Origin: Kudoa neothunni
Taxonomy: Eukaryota; Animalia; Cnidaria
DNA: 64,000 nucleotides
NCBI GenBank assembly: GCA_964304625.1
Contig: OZ199838.1
Coordinates: 5,996,443 to 6,060,442, forward strand
Direction of reading: 5' to 3'
The translations under genes and the position numbers were made by a program. Under the pieces are notes generated by a model. That model made no database searches. It was given only the letters and a program-made list of their open reading frames with translations, and was not told the origin of the DNA. Below are positions 1-12,293 of the stretch, piece by piece (position 1 is the first letter of the stretch; every line of letters starts with the position of its first letter).

Positions 1-794
1 CATGCATTGCTGCATTGGCAAAAAATTGAGCAAATAAATCATGTGCAGACATTTGATTATCTGAGAATAAAAAATTCAGTAACATAAAAAAATATTTAGA
101 AAAATTACTATAAAACCGATTTTGATTAAATGGCGAATGAGACTGACGATGCTCGTCATCATCAGGACCAACTTCATCGTATTCTCGACGTTTCGCAGGA
201 TCATTTAGAATAGTGTACGCGTTGCTTACCGCTTTAAATACATCACCAGATCCAGGAGCCTTATTTTTATCGGGGTGGAATTTAAGGGCCATTTTTTTGT
301 AGGCTTTCTTTAAATCAATTGACGCTGCGGTTTTCGACACGCCAAGAAGTTCGTAAAAATCTTTACATTTCTTTGCTCTGTTAAACAGAATATTTTTAAT
401 TGATACAAAATTATCATATCACAACCACCAATCAAATCCGATCTAATGATTAGAACGGTCAGCATACTTTTTAACTTGCTCAAGTTGATGTTGCGTGTAC
501 ACAGGAGGAGTAGGTTCAGTGGAATCGTTAGAGTTGGAAGGTGGTTCTTCTTTGACCTCACTTTCATTTGTGATATTATTTATTTTGCTTTTGGTGGAAT
601 ATCTTTTCATTTTTTCATATTTATCTAGATAAAAAATTAACTATATTTGTATTCAAATATTACAAACCCTCATTAACAATAGATTCATCCATCCTACGAG
701 CTTTCGATATGAATTTGAATGCTTTATTGTAGTCACCTTGGGCAAAGGATTCATCTGCTAGTGAAACACATCGCTGCGCCTCATCCTTGTTCAT
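1..794 (-). CDS. DNAJB12: DnaJ homolog subfamily B member 12/14-like (5' part; gene runs off the window's left edge); introns at about 61-108, 378-467 and 625-667
   Basis: Manual splicing gives MNKDEAQRCVSLADESFAQGDYNKAFKFISKA... (matches the DNAJB12/14 N-terminus NKDEAERC). The J-domain follows: FYELLGVSKTAASIDLKKAYKKMALKFHPDKNKAPGSGDVFKAVSNAYTILNDPAKRREYD, with HPD intact, then SAHDLFAQFF. B12 versus B14 cannot be resolved. Confidence 0.9.
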
Positions 795-3189
795 TCTTCT
801 TAATCCGGAGTGACATGTCGGATGATTTCGGTTAGAAACCTCATCTGTCGCGGTGTTAGGGGTGATTATTGAGGAAGATTTTTTTGATCATTAACATTAA
901 TAATCTTGACTGGTTTACTTTATTAAAAAATACGGAGATGAATACCAATTGTATAGGGTAGTTATCAAATAGCCACAATGCACATACAGATTTAGTTTGG
1001 TTGTTTGACGCCAAATTACATGTTCTATTTGCGATGCAAGTTAGTATAAAACTCCAGATAAGATTTTTTAGATATAAAGTCGTATTGTTAGGAAATTGAT
1101 CCATAATTTGTTTATTTATTTGAGTAATTGAATAATCTTATATCAATTAACATTATTTTTGAATAGTTTCACCTAAAAATATTAAAAAAAATAATCGTGT
1201 ATAAACAAAAAAGACTAAAAGTAATAATATATAAATATAAACAGTTATATTTGTATACTTATAGAATTCTTAAATCCAATCAAATTCGGAAGCTACTACT
1301 AGCTGGATAGAGTTACACCGGAAAGTATTTCTTTGATGATAGCTAGAAACATTTATTTATTGATGTAAGCAACTATTTCCGATAATTTTTGAATCACCCA
1401 CTATAAAATATTTATTTTTATTATGCGAAAATGAAAGATTTTGTAATTAAGATTGTTTAATGTTGTTTTCACGCTTTTTACTTTTAAGTAACAAATATAT
1501 GGCTGCCGGTCGTCACAGTCGTTTAATTAATAATTATAAAACACGGAGATAAATGTATTTCATCTAAATTGTTCGATTCAATTTGTTATTCAAGATCCAA
1601 GATTTACCAAGTTTCGAACTAACATTGAAAGTTACCTAAAAAGTCTTAAATCTAATTTTATCCATGTCATCACTTCTTTTTTACGTATCATAATCTAAAC
1701 CAGTTAATCTCAAAATAGGGTATAAGCCATAGTGCTGCTAAAGAGAGAATAAATTGATCATGATACGAATGAAATAGATCAGATGTGGACAAATGGGTTA
1801 GAGCAGTATTTCCCAACATGAAGCATGAGAATTTTAGAACTTTTAATGAACCACTCTGGTAGGACGCGGAAAATCTCGAGTATTGGTGTCACACGGATAA
1901 TGGTGAGATTATTGGGAAGTATAACGTACTTTGAAGCCAATATCGGGATTTTCGATATTGTTTATTTTTAAGTGACGATTAATATCATAATAAATACAAA
2001 AATTAATGACTAATTATATAAAAATTAATAATAATATTTAACGTGCCTTTCATCCGAATATAATCAAAATGGTTTGAATCTCAATCTTATCTCATTTAGA
2101 ATCGTATATCCTTTTTTTGATTAAACACGATATAATATTGATTAATTTTGTATTGCATTATTTATTTTCGGTTCATTAGCCCCGTATACACCAAAGTCCT
2201 TCATAATGAAAGTTGGATTATCACGAGTTTCATTTGACGCTGTTTTTGACAGAATGAAGAACTTAAGATGTTAATTTTTAAGGTCCATCGATAGAATAAG
2301 TTCGATATGGTCGAATATATTTTAATTTCAATAAGGGAAGAAAATTACATTACTTGCTTTCAAATTTTAATGTGATAGGGAGCATTATTCAATGTTATGA
2401 ACAGTTCAAGTTAATACAATCAATATTTTTGCAAAAGGTGGGGCATGGAACTTTTGTTCAAGAAAAAGCGAGACGCAATAGAAAAATGGTTGGGAAACAC
2501 TGGGATAGAGAATATATAGGGTTACTGGCAAATTTCAAAGTTTTTGTTGGAATGAATGGTGGAATTAAATTATTCAGGAGTTTTATACTAAGAAAAATAG
2601 TCTCCTTTTATCTAACTTATTAATAGTTTGAATATCTTTTCTAGTACACATTTTTGGAGTAAGTATCAACAAAGTCACGAATGAAATAAAAAATTAAGTA
2701 CCTTAAATTTTGTGCTTTTTTGAAATAGAATATAGATTTCCCTACCTCTTTATTAAATTAATTTGATTAAATAAAACGTTTGAATAGTTTTTTATTACAA
2801 TATTTTTGTTAAAATTTTCATAAGCAGGTGATTTTTGACGTTTTTTAAAATGAAATGAAAAACATCTGATTTCAATTAGAAAATATTTATTTAAAATGGA
2901 TTTGTTGAAAAAAATAAATATATATCTAATATATCGTTCGTTGAATAATAAAAAATCAAAATTTTTAATTATTTTTAATTCCAACTGCTAAACCATTATT
3001 TCCGCGTCGACAAATCTCAATTATTAATTTAATTGTGAATATTTTTAACAATTAATTAAATTTCTTCGGGTAAAAATTTTTTACCTTGTAGTCTGGAATC
3101 TCATAATTCACGTTAACCCAAGGTCTATTTAATGAAACATCACAGGCGCACGCATAGATATTTCGATCAATTTTGGTTTTCCTCTCCCA

Positions 3190-5034
3190 ATGGAATCTGA
3201 TTTTAGATTAAACAAATGGTCATCTTTACAAAGATGCTCCTTTTATGAATCAATTCTTTTGTTTTGTATTCATGGTTATTTGTTGTTGGCTTGCCAAAGC
3301 GTGGTATCCTATCGACGCATAGTCTTTGCTGTAGTGTCGTGGTTTCAGATTGTTTTCAGAGTTATTGGCTTTCAATCTTCCGATGAACTCACATCTTATT
3401 GGTTTTATGAAAGAGAAGGGGTGAATTCATTTGGATTATCGTTTGTGTTCTACATACCCCAAATATTTTTATTGGGTTTATTGGTCAATCATGAACATTC
3501 CTATGGGGTGTTTGTTGGATCAGTGTATGCAAATCAGCTTGTAGATTATCTCTATTTTTCATTTTGGCTCTATCTATTAGCCACTTCGTTTCTATTATTC
3601 CACCAATTGGTATACCGATCCAAATTATTGAATGCAGTCATAGTGGTTGTAACATGGGTGGCATTCTATTATGGTTTCCATAGATATCATTTTTTCTATT
3701 GGCTACTAGCCTATGGATTTGCTTGCTTGACATTTATTGGCGCCAAATACATCAAACACACCTGGTCATTCGGGGAATACAGCATGATATTGTTGGCTGT
3801 GGTCACAGTGTTAGTATTATTGTGTGATAACACCTCCACTATTTTCAAACGTCGTTTCACATTCAATTATACAATCCCAGATTCTGCCATACGGGATAAT
3901 TCTATGGGGTTGGCTGTTAGAGTTGGTAACAATACCATTTATTCCAATCAAACCGCGGCCGCTTGTTCTGTCAAAAATTATGCTGACGTTGAATGGATTG
4001 AGGCACTTCAAGTCGCTTGTGGTGTACTCTCGTCGAATGCTGTTACAATCATTGTTTGTGTAATGTTGTTTTCGCTGACAAAGCGATTTTCAAACTATTA
4101 TGTTCGTAGTATAGCAGCTAGAAGCTCATTATTGATTGTGTGTATTGTGGTTGTGAGTTTGAACGTGTGTGTTTCGCTATCAACGCGGCATTCACTTATG
4201 GTTATAACTCGTTGGTTTTTGGTGGATTTTATGTCCAAACAATACCGGTGGATTCAATTTGGTTGGTGTGCGGTTATGTCATTCGGTTGTCTAATATACA
4301 CATTGAGGCACTACTCTGTAGTAGACTCGACTCACAACACCCCAACCAACAAACCATATAATCCTAGTATTTGCATTCAAAGAAAAGTCTTTCATTTTAT
4401 TCTCTCTTTCACATTACTACCGCTGTTGTGCGTGGATGATCAATTCACATTACTAGCTACCAGCGGACTTTTGACATTGTTTATTATGATGGAAATGATT
4501 CGGATTTTTAATGCCGACCGACTGGCTAGTTTTTATTATTGTTTTATCAAAAATTTTCTCGACGACAAAGATAAAGGAAGTGTGGTGGTCAGTCATGTGA
4601 ACCTGTTGCTTGGGACATCCATTCCAATTTGGACTATAAGATCGGTCTCATTCAATCACAAAACAGATCCTACAATTATATCAGCCTATCGTACTATAAT
4701 CTTGAGTTGTGGTTTAGTTAGCATTGGAATTGGTGATTCGGTCGCCTGTATTTTTGGCATTAAATATGGTCAGAAATCAAAGAAAATATTGGACAGCAAA
4801 AAAACTGTAGTAGGCATGATTGCCTCATTCGTTTTTCAATTCGTTGTCTTTTTCGTGTTGTTTTATATTAAAGTTCACTCCATGTATACAGTTAGTGAGT
4901 TGATACTCTCAAAACATGCCCTAACAATGCTCTACGTCAGTTTTTTATCATCAATGCTAGAAATGTTAATTACCCAAAATGATAATCTCATGATACCTCT
5001 TGTAGTCTTTCCTATGATTGCATTTTTCACCTGA
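3190..5034 (+). CDS. DOLK: Dolichol kinase (intronless, 614 aa polytopic membrane protein)
   Basis: Many hydrophobic segments plus the family motifs RKVFHF, SHVNLLLGTSIPIW, GIGDSVACIFG, KKTVVG and QNDNLMIPL. Confidence 0.92.
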   Translation: MESDFRLNKWSSLQRCSFYESILLFCIHGYLLLACQSVVSYRRIVFAVVSWFQIVFRVIGFQSSDELTSYWFYEREGVNSFGLSFVFYIPQIFLLGLLVNHEHSYGVFVGSVYANQLVDYLYFSFWLYLLATSFLLFHQLVYRSKLLNAVIVVVTWVAFYYGFHRYHFFYWLLAYGFACLTFIGAKYIKHTWSFGEYSMILLAVVTVLVLLCDNTSTIFKRRFTFNYTIPDSAIRDNSMGLAVRVGNNTIYSNQTAAACSVKNYADVEWIEALQVACGVLSSNAVTIIVCVMLFSLTKRFSNYYVRSIAARSSLLIVCIVVVSLNVCVSLSTRHSLMVITRWFLVDFMSKQYRWIQFGWCAVMSFGCLIYTLRHYSVVDSTHNTPTNKPYNPSICIQRKVFHFILSFTLLPLLCVDDQFTLLATSGLLTLFIMMEMIRIFNADRLASFYYCFIKNFLDDKDKGSVVVSHVNLLLGTSIPIWTIRSVSFNHKTDPTIISAYRTIILSCGLVSIGIGDSVACIFGIKYGQKSKKILDSKKTVVGMIASFVFQFVVFFVLFYIKVHSMYTVSELILSKHALTMLYVSFLSSMLEMLITQNDNLMIPLVVFPMIAFFT

Positions 5035-5564
5035 TGGGTGATTATTGTATTTTTTTAGCAATATTCTGTATTTATTAATGTGTTTGATGTTGTATGTTTT
5101 AGTTTTTGTGTATTTTTTTGTGTTGCGCATGTATAAATTTGCCTGGTTCCTTATAAATGCATTTGACGGCTTTTGGATCCGGATTGAACTTCTCTTAATT
5201 TCTCTTCCATATTAAAAATATAACAATTCCTATAAAAATATTTCAAACGGATATATCTTTTAAAGACATTTAATAACGAAGGGTAGAAATAAAAATTTTA
5301 AGTGTTGAATAATAAAGGAAGTGTTTATATCTCAGGTACCTGATAATCCGATCGCGCTCAAGCTCGATCTCAAGGAATGAATATCTCTAAAGCTACTTAG
5401 TAATTTTATTCAAATTTTACATATTATCTAATATTTAATTAATCCTCTAACGATAATGAGGTCGAATCGACCTCAAATTAGAATTGAATAACATATAACG
5501 TTTTGTCCCTTAGTTCCATTGTTCTTGAATTCAAACTATTCTTTATGAATATATTCTTCTATGT

Positions 5565-7961
5565 CAGGGGTCGGGAACCTTTGCGGCACAAAGAGCCACA
5601 AATGCTATATATTTTTAAATCTAATTCCATGAGAGCCATATGCTACGCTCGAAGAAAACAACACTAATGCATACAAGTGTATTATACGGTTACAACCCAT
5701 TACTAGTACAAAAATCTCCGATTCATATTTACCAAAATAATATTTTTTGTTATAACAAAAAAAAATATTTGTAATAATTAATGTGATTTTTGTTTTTGCA
5801 TTGTTTTGGAGATGGCGTTGTAGTCAGATTGATCTTGATGCAGGCGTTGAGACTTTCATCTGTTAACGTGAACGTAGGTTGGTTTTTATGCTGTTTAGAT
5901 GTGAGAAGGACTACTCACATGAATATGTAGAGCCAAACCTTGTTAGTACAGCGATACTCACACGCTGTAACGCGTCGTAATATGTGATAGGAAGCGCGTT
6001 CCAAGTTTTGGCAATCAGCTGATCTGCAGGTTGAAGCCTTCTCATTTCTGCCCATTTGTGTTGACTCGCCAACTCTGCTCGCTGCCGTTCAAGTCCTTCT
6101 AAATCGTCATTCATTATGTCGAACTTATTTACCCATATGTCTGAGGCCTTCAGGTCAACAACTCGTAATTCAAAATCTCTGATGGAGACACCAGGGATAT
6201 AACTCAAATCAGTACCATCTACTTCACACTCATGTGGATGGGTTATAAACCTAAACAGCCGACAGTGCTCACGAAATTCTTCAACCCGCTCCTTAAATGA
6301 TTGCATAAGAGTAGATGTAAAGCCTGCTAGCTGCTGAAGATCAAAAGGCTGAGCGGAGCCATTTTTTGAGCATGCATCTATGAACTGAACTCTCCCAGTT
6401 TTTCAAAATGTAATAGACGACCTGTTGCAATGTCAGCGACGAAGAGTTCTAGTTTCTTTTCAAATGCAAACACAGCTTGTCGCAGGGATAGGATCGTATT
6501 TCCAACGCCTTGCATTTTTACATTAAGCTGGTTAAGGTGGTCAATCGTGTCCACTAGATAGTAGAACTTCAGGAGTCACTTGGTGTCAACTAACTCCGGA
6601 TACTCGACATTTTTCATTTTAAGAAAAGTCTTAATTTCACCAAGACAAGCCGCGAAACGGCTAAGAACCTTCCCCCTTGACAGCCAACGCACGTTGTTGT
6701 ACAAAAGCAGGTCGCAATAATAATTTCTAACTTCATCCAGTAGATTCTTAAATCGGCGATCATTTAATGCTCGAGAAACAATAAAGTTGACCACCCGGAT
6801 GACCAGCGACATCACCTCACCTAACTGTTCGCCCAATATCTGAGCACAAAGCGTTTCCTGGTGTATGATACAATGAAAGTTTAAAATGTTTCTCTTTTAA
6901 TGCTCACAAAGAAGCGCTACGAATTCTCTATTTTTACCTACCATACACGGAACACCATCAGTACACACTGAAACAAGTTTATCCATTGGCAAATTTTTTT
7001 CCTTGGCGAAATCGGTAAACGATCTTAATAAATCTTCCCCTCTTGTAGTCACTTTCACGGGCAAAACTGCAAGGCTCTCTTCTTGCAATTTGTCACCGAC
7101 AATATATCTTGCAATTACACTAAATTGTGACAAATTACTCATGTCTGTTGACTCATCCAAAGCTAGAGAGAAAAACGGTGCCGTATTTATGTCTTTTATT
7201 CTTTGGATTATTTTTTGTTTATCCAATAAGTCGTCAAAAAGTTCATTTGCAACATCAAGCATTAATGATCTAACGTATTCCCGTCTGTGAACGGTTTCCC
7301 GTTTCTCACAATGGCTAAGGTACCAGCAAAGCTAGCTGAACTCCAATCGTCATTTTGGGTCCAAACACGGAATTATTGTTGACTAGCTTTCACTTTTAAA
7401 AGTAGCTCTCGACATGCTTTCTCTCGGCTGTCGCCAGGGGAGTATTTTGACGCAAACGTAATATGACGTGTGTTAACATGCCGCTTTATATTTGATCGTA
7501 TCATGGATGCAATTTTATCGTTGCAAATTAGACACACTGCCAAATTCATGCGTCCACTCCTGTTGAAATCTACAATAATCTTCGCCTCTTTTTCTATTAT
7601 CCATTTTCTAAAAGAATTTAACTAAAACGCGAACGAAACGGAAGAGTTCGCTTACAGATTTTATGGCACGATTTTGTGCAAACCCTTTTGCATATGCGCA
7701 CAACTACCGCTATTTTAAGAGACAAAATGCTGCAAACCTAATGGAGTAGTATGTGCTGCATTTACATTGCATGAATGTTATGGATAAATGAATCTGTGGT
7801 ACAACGACGTATATGTTAGTCTCATTCTAAAATCAGTACGAATCGGGTTTCTAATGGCCTGCAACGCATATGCGCAAACGATTATAAAAAAAATTTTCCT
7901 TTAAATTATAATTTTTTGGAGAGCCACATATGGCTCGCGAGCCATAGGTTCCCGACCCCTG
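5565..7961 (-). mobile_element. hAT DNA transposon (Buster/Charlie-type, GTF2IRD2/EPM2AIP1-like transposase), full length but decayed
   Basis: Perfect 16-bp TIRs: caggggtcgggaacct (5565-5580) and aggttcccgacccctg (7946-7961). The 8-bp flanks ttcTAtgt and cacTAgat both have a central TA. Confidence 0.92.
5779..7604 (-). pseudogene. Frameshifted hAT transposase
   Basis: Fragments in different frames contain FSLALDESTD, VCTDGVPCMVG, HCIIHQE, VRWLSRGKVL and FGSTYSCE. Stops and frameshifts lie between the ORFs 6897-7262, 6576-6836 and 5911-6306. Confidence 0.88.
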
Positions 7962-9094
7962 CACTAGATAATATAAAATATTTTTTTCCTTCAGTAGTAA
8001 TTTAGTAACAGGATGATATCTATGAAGTCTAAATTTAATTTTTTATTCCATAACGATTAGTCTTATGATAGTGAATATGAGGATGTAATAATTGAGGATC
8101 TCTCAATCAACTGATGACGACGATCTGGGTATACACGATGATCCATTTATTAGCAAATATAGGTTAGTTTAGAATCTTGCAAAAAGATCTACATCAGGAA
8201 CAAAGCAGAAAATGAAAATATTTTTTTGAACTCTCGGACGCGCTCAACAATCTATACGACGTTGAGAGTAGAATCAATGCCTGATTGTTGTTGTTTGCGG
8301 ATTGTGCAAACAACAATTTTTTCATTGACCAGTTACGTAGACGTTACATTAAGTGTCTCAAAATTGAAAAAAAATGAACCACGGGAAATATTATATTGCG
8401 TAGATAGTGTCAAGTTACGGACGAACGTTGGAATGCGTTATTTTTTTTATGTGCAAAGTCATAAAGCTACCTTTGATGTTTGTTCTAATTTCAGTAAAAT
8501 TTCGCTAAAATTGTCATAACTAGCGTCATTAAATTAGTTTGCATAGATGAATCTCATTTCACGATAGAGCCGCCGTTCCCCCGGTATGTAATATTAACAA
8601 TACGTAGCGGGGTTGTATGAATCCGTACATTAACGGATTATCGAAGATTAATGAGTTAGTAAACTTTAATTTATTCAAAATTTACTCGATAGATTTCTTA
8701 CATATTTTATAAACCAAAACAAAATATTTCTTAGCCAAGAAAAATAAAATAAAAATGTGGGGTCGATTCGACCCCAAATGATCGGTGGAGGGTTAAACCT
8801 AGGTAATTCTTAAGACTAAAAATCCTCAAACTAAATTTTATTATTCAATGAAATATTTAAAAAAATAATATTGTATTTGCGTGCATTATTTATTACAGCT
8901 AATTGTAAATTCTTAAACTAACATTGCTAAAAGATTAAAATAATTGAATAAACTGGCCTCTTTTATTTTATGACTTGATAAAGAAAAATATTCAATTTAA
9001 TACGAAGCGACAATATACTCTCATTTTTTCTTTATTATAAGGCATTATTTATTGAGACGATATAGATAACAAAATTTGCAAAAAAAATTCAAAG

Positions 9095-10800
9095 TTATAC
9101 ATCAAGATGATGTCTGATATCTTGAATTAAAGAGCCGTTTTTTAAACGAGTTAATTTAGTTTTGTTGCTGTTATTATCTTCGCCAGAAGGTATTTTCAAT
9201 TCATACCCAAGATATTTATTGACAATTATCTACAACAATCAAATTATTATATTAAAAACATAACCTAATCGATATACATTGCAATAATTTTGAAATTGTG
9301 GATTAGGCTGATTAGTAATGTCATCGATAGAAATAGAGTTCGACTTGATTAGATCACCAAACTTATCAACTACGTAAGGACTCAACGTTTCACATTGAGA
9401 ATAGTTTGGATTGATGGAAAGATCATTACATTTGACATCGTTATAAAAAGGAAGCCGGACTAATAAAAATCCACATAGTTTTGGATTAGTTCGGATATGA
9501 GGAACCATAAGGCCAAGATGAGTGGGGGTATGATGCCTCAAATTACATTGAACAACTATACCCATTTTTCTATCGTTTGAACGAGACAAAAGATGAAAAA
9601 AAGCTGAGCAATTTTTGTCTGATTGTGAGTTTTGTGAAGCGTGAGACTTGTTACGGTCGGTTATAGAAACATCCTTTGGCACCACCAACATCAGTGAACC
9701 ACCAGGAAACAACGGACGAACAAAATTATCCAAATATGTGAATCCAATAACAAAAATTCCTTTTGAATTATTGAGCGGTATATTTTTGAGTAGGCTATCG
9801 AATTGTTCGTCCAACACAAATTTTTCATTTCCAAATGTAAAAACTAGAAGCGATAAAAACAAAAAATATCCAAATTATTAGCTACCCTTTTCGATAAATT
9901 TTGACTGGACAAAATTTCCATTTGAATCAGTAATTCGTTTGTTTACGGAGAGACCACATTTTGAAGGTTGAACATCAAAATTTGATATTTCGGTGTTAAA
10001 TTTAATGAATTTGGGGAGGTCGGTCTCCACAATTAACGAATAGCAAGACACATCAAGCGAAAAACAATCGCCAAATATTAGTGGACCATGATACCGAGCT
10101 GTTTGTTGATATTCTCTCTTTTTGAAACGGCCGATAATTTTTATTGCCGAGCTAAAAGGAATTGTGGTTGTTTTTTCGTAGTTTAACAAAAACTTCAAGG
10201 GATTTTCAGAATTGTTGATCGTCTCTACATTCATCCCAGTAATTACTATCTCAACATGGCGATTATTCGCCCTCTGTATGAGAGAAAATATATCGGCTGA
10301 TTGGATGCTGATATTGAAACCCGTGGGAAAATTGGTGAAATTTGACAAAATCACTATTGTCTCGTGCCTATTTGTGCGGTATTTGGTTTGGTTTTCGACT
10401 TCTTGAAAATGATATAATGCTTGCTCCAAACCAGAAAAAATGTCCACACAATCCACTGGAAACGCAACGGAAACATTAGCTGGATTGAGAAGATGAAACA
10501 GTTGCTGATCAGCAAAATCCATACATCTTATATGGTTAACTCCTTTCAACACATCTATAATAAGGTAATATATTTCATAGTGGTTAAAAAGGTTGAATGC
10601 GTACGATTATTATCGCTCTGGCTTGCCCCAATGAAAAATATAGTGAATAGATCATTCCGATTTGATAGAACGCGCCGCCAAATAGTGGCAATAACAATTC
10701 GTAAACTGTATTCCAATAAGGAAACATTGGTGCCCGGATAGGTTGCCCCCGCGTGATAACTAACGTCAATAAGAAATGCAATCTTTTCACATTCTTTCAT
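9095..10800 (-). CDS. XRCC5: Ku80-like NHEJ protein, 4 exons (introns 10555-10604, 9844-9885, 9230-9277), about 521 aa
   Basis: vWA start IAFLIDVS, then RRVLSNRNDLFTIFFIG. IPFSSAIKIIGRFKK resembles Ku80 SFSESLRKLCVFKK; LPFYNDVK and QPNPQFQ resemble Ku80 LPFMEDLR and IPNPRFQ. Exon lengths 196+669+566+135 give an open frame. Confidence 0.82.
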
Positions 10801-11090
10801 TGCTTATTTTTGGGGCCTAAAATTAACAATAGATCAAAATAATAACCGCGCCTCAGTTGTTGTTTTTGGCATTAAATGCGGACGTGCATGCGCCAGAAGT
10901 AGACATCTACATGAACATTCATTTTGCCAAAATTATTTCCGTTTTACATGCCTTAAAGTTCCAGGAGAATAAAAATAATGATACGCAAAAAAATATTTCA
11001 TATGGTTTTAATTCCTACGAGATGAAAGAGCTCTTTTATATTTAACTGACCACTATTTCTTTAACCTTCCAAGTCACATGAAAATTTATA

Positions 11091-12293
11091 CCCTCCAAGT
11101 ATAATTGGGATCCGAAAGACCCCACATTATTATTTGATGAAATATTCGATCGATTATATATTCAGTAATTTCATAAATGACATCATATAATATCGTCTGT
11201 GCATGTACGAATGATAAAGAAATATTTTAACCGCAAACTATGTATTACTTTTGAGATCGCATATTTTCTATCAACCTAACTCAAAATTCAGCTCATTTAG
11301 TAAAATTAATTCATTATTTAATTTGCGCGTAAAGTGATAAAAAAACATCATAATCCCAACATAGACTATTGCATAAAACAGGTAACATAGATACGCTTGA
11401 AATGTTCATTTGGGCGGAAACGACGCGTGAAAAATCCACCTAAATATTCCGTAGTTCACCAACATGGCAAAAATTTCCGGATTATTTTGTCACCTCAATA
11501 CTTTCCAGACCATCAAAATGTGAAACTCGCATTATTTGGAGAAATTTATGTAATGAGAATAAATCTCGATATATCTTTCCTTCTTCTAACCCAAATATCT
11601 CTTTAACCGATTATCGATTATCCCTGTGATATCCGATCAGAAATCAACAGCTAATGTACCCATCCAATTCTGTCCATCTATCCCAAAAATTTTTCCACCC
11701 ATGTACTGGTATATTTTAAAATAATGGCGTACTTAACATAATTAAATATTATTCTGAAAGTAACAATTGTATTTGGTAATAAAAGCGGCGAGACACAAGG
11801 ACGACTATTCATAATATTCGCAACACATGTTCTAAATGCCAACGGGGGGTTCATCGACCATAACGTTCCATTCTTGTGTATTAATGAGTTAAGTTGTATA
11901 TTTGTACCAATATCAAATTGTTCTAACGATAGATAATATTCAAACGGAGAAAATGAATCTGAAGACTCGGAATCGGAGTAATTACTATTAAGATCACTTG
12001 AATACATCCTTGAAATTAATTATGGTGTATGCGCGATGAAGATTAAGATATGATATTCATGCAATGAAAACATATTTACTCGATAGTATTTTTTCAAAGT
12101 TTCTCCAAACATTTAAATCAATATTTTGGATAATTAGATGGAAAAAATCGTGGGGTCCAAAAAACCTCAATTTTACTACAGAATATTTTAGAAGAATAGA
12201 CTGGCTGCCAATAATTTCTCACAAGTTAATGTGTTAGAAAATTGATAATTAATGTCGCCTGGAATCCGAAAGACCCCAATTATACTTCGAGGG
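11091..12293 (-). mobile_element. Non-autonomous piggyBac relic
   Basis: TIRs ccctccaagtataattggg and (reverse complement) ccctcgaagtataattgggg, with TTAA on the right and TATA on the left. ORF 11678-12007 has a piggyBac-like acidic N-terminus (SDSESSDS, KNGTLWS...ANIM), and a downstream FLQIMRVSHFD remnant follows. Confidence 0.75.

Larger units (their letters stand above)
5443..8792 (+). mobile_element. Internally deleted piggyBac element flanked by TTAA, with a hAT element nested inside
   Basis: TTAA at 5439-5442 and 8793-8796. The left end tcctctaacgataatgaggtcgaatcgacctca matches the reverse complement of the right end, ccctccaccgatcatttggggtcgaatcgacccca. An acidic N-terminal remnant lies near 8070-8130 and a degenerate Cys/His-rich C-terminal remnant near 8390-8500. 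Confidence 0.75.

Noticed and set aside
378-467. A 90-nt intron read as two mini-introns around a micro-exon
   Set aside because: No internal GT/AG combination I tried preserves the J-domain frame.
856-2984. Short ORFs 856-1104, 2354-2623 and 2742-2984
   Set aside because: Low-complexity F/I/K/N-rich translations typical of AT-rich non-coding DNA.
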